NCBI GenBank assembly: GCA_046760155.1 | Contig: JBHIDQ010000003.1 | Span: 1 to 34,100, forward strand | Reading direction: 5' to 3' | Origin: Dehalococcoidales bacterium | Lineage (GTDB): Bacteria; Chloroflexota; Dehalococcoidia; Dehalococcoidales; RBG-16-60-22 | DNA: 34,100 nt | In this document: piece after piece, positions 28,222 through 34,100 of the stretch | Layout: each line of letters starts with the position of its first letter | Position numbering within the stretch: position 1 is the stretch's first letter | The notes under the pieces: generated by a model | Database searches by the model: none | What the model was told of the DNA's origin: nothing | The model's input: the letters and a program-made list of their open reading frames with translations, nothing else | Translations under genes and position numbers: made by a program

Positions 28222-29478
28222 TTGCTGCCAATTTTGAAGCTAAAAGAGAAACTATTTTATGGGTGGGTAGTGGTAGCTAATCTATTGGTTATGGGCACGG
28301 CGATTTGGGGGATACGCTTTTCTTTTGGTGTCTTCTTTAAGTCTTTAGAGAGTGAATTCAACCTAACTCGAGCAGCTACCTCGGCAATTTTCTCTACGCA
28401 GATGGTGCTTGGTGGTATCTTTACCATCTTGGGTGGCTGGGTGGCAGACCGATACGGACCGAGAGTACTTTTTCTCTTTTTGGGTGTAATTACTGGCCTT
28501 GGGCTTTTACTGACGAGCCAAACTAACGCCCTCTGGCAGTTATTTTTTACCTATAGCCTCTTCTTAGCTATGGGAACCAGTCCCATCTATGCAGGGGTGA
28601 TGTCAACCGCCTCAAGATGGTTTGACCGAAAACGGGGTTTAGCTATGGGCATCGCCAGTTCAGGGGCCGGATTAGGACCGTTGATTGTCGCTCCTTTTGC
28701 TACTTATCTCATTACCCAATTTGGTTGGCGTATGGCCTTTTTAATCTACGCGATGATCGCTTGGTTGGTAGTGATTCCCTTGTCCCGGCTATTGAAAAGG
28801 GAGCCATCTGAAGTTGGAGCCCTGCCGGATGGGAAGGAATATTCAGAGAGGTATCTAAGTGATACCGAAAAGGAAGGAGAGAAGATTCAGCCGATTGGTT
28901 TATCCCTGAGGGAAGCATTCCGGACCAGAAGTTTCTGGATGGTTATCTTTCTCTTCTTATTTTTTGCTTCCAGCTTACTTCTGATTTTAACCCACCTGAT
29001 ACCACATATCACCGATATCGGTTATTCGCCGGTGGAGGCGGCGACAGTGATCAGTTTGGTGGGAGGTTCGGCACTGGTGGGCAGAGTATTTTTGGGCATT
29101 GCCTCGGATAGGGTCGGGAGGAAAGCTGCCCTGGTTATCTGTACCTCACTTTGCGCCATAGCCATGCTATGGCTGCTCTGGGCGAAGGACTTGTGGATGT
29201 TCTATCTTTTTGCCATCGTTTTCGGGGCTGCTTGGGGGGGAATGGGGCCAACCTCGGCGGCACTGATTGGCCATACTTTTGGGCTAGGTAAGATTGGTGC
29301 CATTTTGGGAGCACTTGACGCTGGTTATAACGTGGGGGCAGCCATCGGTCCAATCATTGGCGGGTTCATTTTTGACATTAGCCACGGTTATTTTGTGGCG
29401 TTCTTGTACGGAGCTTTGGCCATGTTGCTCGCTACAGTGTTTGTCCTTCTAATTAGGAGGGAAAAGGAGAAATTTTGA
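28222..29478 (+). CDS. MFS transporter, tandem paralog of the upstream gene
   Basis: FYGWVVV, GWVADRYGPR and GIASDRVGRK; colinear with 26893..28152. Confidence 0.93.
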   Translation: MLPILKLKEKLFYGWVVVANLLVMGTAIWGIRFSFGVFFKSLESEFNLTRAATSAIFSTQMVLGGIFTILGGWVADRYGPRVLFLFLGVITGLGLLLTSQTNALWQLFFTYSLFLAMGTSPIYAGVMSTASRWFDRKRGLAMGIASSGAGLGPLIVAPFATYLITQFGWRMAFLIYAMIAWLVVIPLSRLLKREPSEVGALPDGKEYSERYLSDTEKEGEKIQPIGLSLREAFRTRSFWMVIFLFLFFASSLLLILTHLIPHITDIGYSPVEAATVISLVGGSALVGRVFLGIASDRVGRKAALVICTSLCAIAMLWLLWAKDLWMFYLFAIVFGAAWGGMGPTSAALIGHTFGLGKIGAILGALDAGYNVGAAIGPIIGGFIFDISHGYFVAFLYGALAMLLATVFVLLIRREKEKF

Positions 29479-29516
29479 GAGGATAGAGTGGGTAACTGAC
29501 AAATGATACCCTGCGA

Positions 29517-30977
29517 TTAAAAAGTGAACATGCTGGCGGCAAACTCAGCTAGTTTCATTACGTAGCCAGGAATGATACCGAGCAGTAACACACCAAGGCA
29601 GGATAGTGACAGCGCTAATCGTAGGGCTCCTGATGAAGGTACTTTCTCCTTGGAGGCTGCCTGGCCGAGCCACATTATCTTCACTACCCGGAGATAGTAG
29701 TAGGCTGATATGACGCTGTTGATTACGGCAATAACCACCAGCCACAGCAGGTTATGCTGCACAGCGGCACTAAAGATATAAAACTTGGCCATAAAGCCAG
29801 CCGCCGGCGGCATGCCAATAAGTGAAACTAGACACAGGGTTAGAGCTAAAGCCAATAAAGGTGCCCGTTTCCCCATGCCGGTATAGTCCTCAATGAGGTC
29901 GCTATTGAGCTTATTGGAGATGGCGATAATGGCGATAAAAGCCCCCATGTTAGTCAAGGCATAACTGGTGAGGAAGAAAAGAATGGTGCTTTGCCCCAGT
30001 AAACCAGTAGCTGACGAAAATCCCATGGTAGCTAATCCCACCATCAGGTAACCAGCTTGAGCGATGCTGGAGTAACCGAGCATCCGTTTGATATTGGTCT
30101 GGGGGATGGCGACGATATTGCCCAAGGTCATGCCAATCGCAGCCAGCACGGCAAAGATAAGTCCCCAATTCAGGCTTAGCCATTCAGGAAGTCCGAAGGC
30201 GGAGAAGAAAACGCGAAGGATGATGGCAAAGCCAGCTGCCTTGCTAGCTACGGAAAGGTAGGCAGTTATCGGCGTTGGCGCTCCCTCATAAACATCAGGC
30301 ACCCACATCTGGAAGGGAACGGCGGCAATCTTGAAACCGAAGCCAGCGATCAATAAAACGATACCCAGGATAAGCGCTGGGCTGGCCAGAAGGGTATCGG
30401 GTGACATCGCTTGAATCGCCTGCGCGATCTCACCGAGTTGGGTTTTACCGGTAAAGCCAAAAATTAGTGCCATACCATAGAGCAGGACAGCTGAGGCGGC
30501 TGCGCCCAGTAAGAGGTACTTCAGTGAGGCTTCGGTTGATTTAGTATCCTTCAGGAAGCCAACTAGAGCGTAGAGGGAAATACTGGTCAGTTCCAAGGCA
30601 ATATAAATAGCGATTAAATCGGCGGTAGCTGCCATCAGCATCATGCCCAGGGTGGAGAGTAATACTAAGGCATAATACTCACCCTGAAAGCGGGCGAACT
30701 TAACTACGTAGTCTATTGAGGACAGAATAACCAGGAAGGCAATTCCCAGGAAGAGCAGCTTAAAGAAGAGGGCAAAGTTATCTACCGCCAGCATGTTGTT
30801 GAAGATGGCCGGAAAGTTGCCTCCCCACATCGCCACGGTGACTCCACCAGCGACTACCAGTCCCGAAATGCTGACCTGCGCCAGCAGCCTCTTCTGCTCG
30901 ATGAGTAGGTCAAGCAGAATGACGATGACGGCAACGGCAGCCAAAGTCATCTCCGGTATAAACAGTGCCAGATTCAA
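29517..30977 (-). CDS. nuoN: Complex I-like membrane subunit N
   Basis: EASLKY, FKIAAVPFQMWVPDVYEGAPTP, KRMLGYSSIAQAGY and SAYYYL. Confidence 0.96.
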   Translation of the reverse strand: MNLALFIPEMTLAAVAVIVILLDLLIEQKRLLAQVSISGLVVAGGVTVAMWGGNFPAIFNNMLAVDNFALFFKLLFLGIAFLVILSSIDYVVKFARFQGEYYALVLLSTLGMMLMAATADLIAIYIALELTSISLYALVGFLKDTKSTEASLKYLLLGAAASAVLLYGMALIFGFTGKTQLGEIAQAIQAMSPDTLLASPALILGIVLLIAGFGFKIAAVPFQMWVPDVYEGAPTPITAYLSVASKAAGFAIILRVFFSAFGLPEWLSLNWGLIFAVLAAIGMTLGNIVAIPQTNIKRMLGYSSIAQAGYLMVGLATMGFSSATGLLGQSTILFFLTSYALTNMGAFIAIIAISNKLNSDLIEDYTGMGKRAPLLALALTLCLVSLIGMPPAAGFMAKFYIFSAAVQHNLLWLVVIAVINSVISAYYYLRVVKIMWLGQAASKEKVPSSGALRLALSLSCLGVLLLGIIPGYVMKLAEFAASMFTF

Positions 30978-31069
30978 ATCTACTCCTTTTTCTGAGGAAA
31001 CAATTCCTAGCTAACTAGCTTGGATTTGTTTTTAGAGTTATGTTAACAAGTCTTTAAAATACGTACTCC

Positions 31070-32563
31070 TTAGCCACCTAATAGACCCGCTACGGGCGAG
31101 ATGCCGAGCTTAAGCACATCGGTTAAAATTGCCGGGTAGATGCCGACCAGCATAATCACGGCGACAAAAGCAAACATGTAAACCCGCTCCAGAATATCGG
31201 CGTCAGCGGTGCCATTATATTTTTCTAATACCGGTCCGTAGAATGCCCGCTGGAGCATCCACAGAATATAGCCGGCAGTGATGACAACCCCGAGCACGCC
31301 CAGAATAGTGTAAACCTGAATTCCGGGAACGATAGTCGAGGAGAAGCTGCCCACAAAAACGAGGAACTCAGCGGCGAAGCCGCTGGTGGTGGGCAGCCCC
31401 AGTGATGCCAGGCCAGCTATTGAGAAGACAATGGCGATAATCGGTACCTGACGTGCCAGTCCACCGAGATTACGCAGGTCACGTTCATGGGCATTGTGCA
31501 TCACCAGCCCGACCATGGCAAAGAGCAGCCCGGTAACCACACCGTGGCTGAACATCTGTAAACTGGCACCCACCAGGCTTACCTTACCAAGGGCAAAGAT
31601 GCCCAAAAGCACATAGCCCATATGACTGATGCTGCTGTATGCAATTAGCCGCTTGAAATCATTCTGTCTCATCGTCACCGCTGCCCCATAGAGCACGCCG
31701 ATTACTGCCAGTATTACCAGGAGGAGGGCATAACTTTGTGCTACCTGAGGGAAGAAGCTAACACAGAGACGAATCATTCCGTAGCCGCCCATCTTGATCA
31801 GTACTCCGGCCAGGATGACGCTGACGGCCGTCGGTGCGTCAGTATGCGCATCGGGCAGCCAGGTATGAAACGGGATAACCGGTAGCTTGATGGCAAAGCC
31901 GATTAAAAGCAGGAAGAAGATGGCAGCGGCAGGCATAATTGATTGCACCATGCCCAGTCCGCCCTGGGCGATTTCCACCATATTTAAGGTGTCTGTAGTG
32001 AAGTACAGGCTGAGGATACCTGCCAGCATAAAAGCGCTACCGAATAAGGTATAGACAACATACTTTATGGCTGAGTATTCCTTCCGGCCCGATCCCCAGA
32101 TATTGATTAAGAAATACATGGGAATGACTTCGATTTCCCACATAATGAAGAAGAGCAGGAGGTCAAGGGAGAGGAACACCCCCAGAATGCTTGTTTCCAG
32201 AAGCAGGAGCCAGGCAAAATACTCTCTGGGTCTGAGGTCAATTTTCCATGAGATGAGAACGGACAGAAAACCGAGGAAGGCAGTCAGTAAGGTCAGGGTC
32301 AAACTCAGCCCATCCACCCCCAGGTGATAGTGAGCGTTAAGGGCGGCAATCCAGAGTGCCTTTTCCTCAAACTGAATCAGACCGGCGGCGGCTGGCGAGC
32401 GGTCAAATTGGGCAAAGAGAACGATTGACAGAATCAGAGGAATAAGGGTGAAGATGGCAGCGGTCCACTTAATCTGTCTGGGGCTATGGCCCACCACAAA
32501 AGCGACGAGGGCGGCGCCCACCGCCGGCAGGAAGAGTATGATGGTCAGATAGCTAAAGTCCAA
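31070..32563 (-). CDS. nuoM: Complex I-like membrane subunit M
   Basis: LGVDGLS, HTWLPDAHTDAPT, KMGGYG, KRLIAYSSISHMG and GLPTTSGFAAEF. Confidence 0.96.
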   Translation of the reverse strand: MDFSYLTIILFLPAVGAALVAFVVGHSPRQIKWTAAIFTLIPLILSIVLFAQFDRSPAAAGLIQFEEKALWIAALNAHYHLGVDGLSLTLTLLTAFLGFLSVLISWKIDLRPREYFAWLLLLETSILGVFLSLDLLLFFIMWEIEVIPMYFLINIWGSGRKEYSAIKYVVYTLFGSAFMLAGILSLYFTTDTLNMVEIAQGGLGMVQSIMPAAAIFFLLLIGFAIKLPVIPFHTWLPDAHTDAPTAVSVILAGVLIKMGGYGMIRLCVSFFPQVAQSYALLLVILAVIGVLYGAAVTMRQNDFKRLIAYSSISHMGYVLLGIFALGKVSLVGASLQMFSHGVVTGLLFAMVGLVMHNAHERDLRNLGGLARQVPIIAIVFSIAGLASLGLPTTSGFAAEFLVFVGSFSSTIVPGIQVYTILGVLGVVITAGYILWMLQRAFYGPVLEKYNGTADADILERVYMFAFVAVIMLVGIYPAILTDVLKLGISPVAGLLGG

Positions 32564-32638
32564 CTCCGCTGACTCCTACTTTTAAGTTTTTATTTGGTAG
32601 TCCTATCCCCTTTTGTCCTCCCCTTCTTCTGTCTGGTG

Positions 32639-32716
32639 TGTCATTGCGAGTCGAAGGCGAAGCAATCCCATCTTTATCTTTTGGTTTGCTTCGTCGCTCT
32701 GCTCCTCGCAATGACA
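32639..32716. repeat. REP-like palindromic element TGTCATTGCGAG...CTCGCAATGACA
   Basis: 12-bp perfect terminal inverted repeat, inner pair CGAAGCAA/TTGCTTCG, and an extra partial end CGCAATGAC at 32734-32742. Confidence 0.8.
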
Positions 32717-32770
32717 TACCTTCTATCACTCCCCGCAATGACTTTTATGCCCAAGGGGGAAGGGTTATGT

Positions 32771-32894
32771 AAGAGGGGCTTCGCCCCTCTTGGACGCCCT
32801 TGATTATTGCTCCAGAGGAGAGGCTTCGTTTCTCTTTGACTCTCCTTTAATATTTGTTCCTTCAAAGGGCTACGCTCCTTTTGACTCTCCTTTA
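32771..32894. repeat. Three degenerate ~45-bp tandem hairpin units
   Basis: AAGAGGGGCTTCGCCCCTCTT, GAGAGGCTTCGTTTCTC and AAAGGGCTACGCTCCTTT; exact 15-mer TTTGACTCTCCTTTA at 32835 and 32880. Confidence 0.7.
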
Positions 32895-34100
32895 GCCAAA
32901 GAATAAGACGACAAAAATAATCGCCAGTATGCCGATGCCAATGAACAGGGCATATAGCTGGAGCTGACCGGTCTGGGCGTGCCGGAGGGCTCTACCCCCG
33001 GCAATGGCTCCATTGGCTACGCCATTGACGATTCCGTCCACGGCCTTATTATCAAATAGCTCCAGACCAGCAAAAAATCCCTTGAGCAGGGTTATTCTCA
33101 CGATGACATTTTCGTAAAGCTCATCGAACCAGTATTTGCGGTAGAACAAAGTATAAAGTGGTTTGAAAAGACTACCGACCCGCTCCGGTGAAATCAACCG
33201 TTTGCTATACATGGCGTAGGCGAGCAGAATCCCCAGACCAGCCAGTATCAAGGATAGCCAGGGCAGGGCCTGGGTAAATGGGTGGAAAAGGCCTTCAATA
33301 AAGCTATGGGTATCACCGTGCCCCATGAAGGCATCAAAGTGTCCGGTGACATTCCACAGACCGGAGAACACGGACAGAATAGCCAGAACTACCATGGGTA
33401 TTACCATTACCCTAGGTGATTCGTGAGGATGGCTACCGTGAGCTCCGTGGGCCTCTTCGCTGCCACCGCGATATTCACCGCCGAAGGTCATAAATACGGC
33501 GCGGAACATGTAAAAGGCGGTCATAAATACCGTTATCATGGCCAGATAAAACAGAATGGGTTGGCTGGCAAAGGAGCTGACCACGATCTCATCCTTGCTC
33601 CAGAAGCCGGAAAGGGGCCAGATGCCAGCGATACTCAACGAAGCAATAACAAAAGTAGCGTAGGTCCAGGGCATATACTTTTTCAGTCCACCCATCTGGC
33701 GCATATCAAAGGTTCCGGTGGCGTGATTGACGCTGCCAGCACCGAGGAATAGCAGCGCTTTAAAGAAGGCGTGGTTAAACAGATGGAAGATGCCAATGGC
33801 CACCCCGCCAACTCCCAAGCCTAACATCATATAGCCCAGCTGGCTGATGGTGGAATAAGCCAGGACGCGCTTGATATCATTCATCACCAGACCCATTGAG
33901 GCGGCGAAAATGGCCGTAATTCCACCGATAATGGCTACCGTGGTTAATGCTTCTGTTGAGTATTCAAAGAGCGGGAACATGCGGGCGACCAGGAAGACGC
34001 CGGCAGCAACCATGGTGGCGGCATGGATTAAGGCACTGACCGGAGTTGGGCCTTCCATAGCGTCAGGCAGCCAGACGTGGAGCGGGAACTGGGCTGACTT
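32892..34100 (-). CDS. nuoL: Complex I-like membrane subunit L (N-terminus outside the window)
   Basis: KSAQFPLHVWLPDAMEGPTPVSALIHAATMV, KRVLAYSTISQLG, HAFFKALLFL and GFWSKD. Confidence 0.96.
   Translation of the reverse strand, partial: KSAQFPLHVWLPDAMEGPTPVSALIHAATMVAAGVFLVARMFPLFEYSTEALTTVAIIGGITAIFAASMGLVMNDIKRVLAYSTISQLGYMMLGLGVGGVAIGIFHLFNHAFFKALLFLGAGSVNHATGTFDMRQMGGLKKYMPWTYATFVIASLSIAGIWPLSGFWSKDEIVVSSFASQPILFYLAMITVFMTAFYMFRAVFMTFGGEYRGGSEEAHGAHGSHPHESPRVMVIPMVVLAILSVFSGLWNVTGHFDAFMGHGDTHSFIEGLFHPFTQALPWLSLILAGLGILLAYAMYSKRLISPERVGSLFKPLYTLFYRKYWFDELYENVIVRITLLKGFFAGLELFDNKAVDGIVNGVANGAIAGGRALRHAQTGQLQLYALFIGIGILAIIFVVLFFG

Noticed and set aside
32553-32865. Short ORFs of 61-69 aa in the nuoL-nuoM gap
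   Set aside because: They are translations of the palindromic repeats, with no independent coding evidence.
32771-32894. CRISPR array
   Set aside because: Only three degenerate units, the period is too short for repeat plus spacer, and there are no cas genes.
2226-33752. Other antisense or out-of-frame ORFs (e.g. 2226..2846, 3936..4445, 19993..20445, 23346..23909, 24768..25292, 33423..33752)
   Set aside because: They lie within well-conserved genes and show no recognisable motifs.

Overview
Mostly core chromosome of a bacterium that looks like Chloroflexota, probably Dehalococcoidia. This is inferred from gene order, a division cluster with no peptidoglycan genes, and protein style. From left to right: comEC (partial)-comEA; an APC permease-USP-TrkA-TrkA operon divergent from a small HTH gene; mog-trmD-rplS-priA-def; a minimal dcw cluster (mraZ-rsmH-orf71-ftsA-ftsZ-Zn-ribbon ORF); rsmD-coaD-ferredoxin; cvpA; a GbsR/MarR regulator with a MacAB/YknXYZ-type ABC exporter; leuS-proC-yggT; an uncalled 46-aa CxxC microprotein; a methyltransferase plus two paralogous MFS transporters; and nuoL (partial)-nuoM-nuoN, with nested palindromic repeats between nuoL and nuoM. 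The most striking observation is the 71-aa ORF at the usual ftsL position. It is an in-frame chimera of the first 23 residues of FtsA and an unusual C-terminal tail of RsmH, apparently born from an old tandem duplication of the rsmH/ftsA junction. No tRNA, rRNA, CRISPR array, transposase or integrase was seen. All calls are by eye; no database searches were run.
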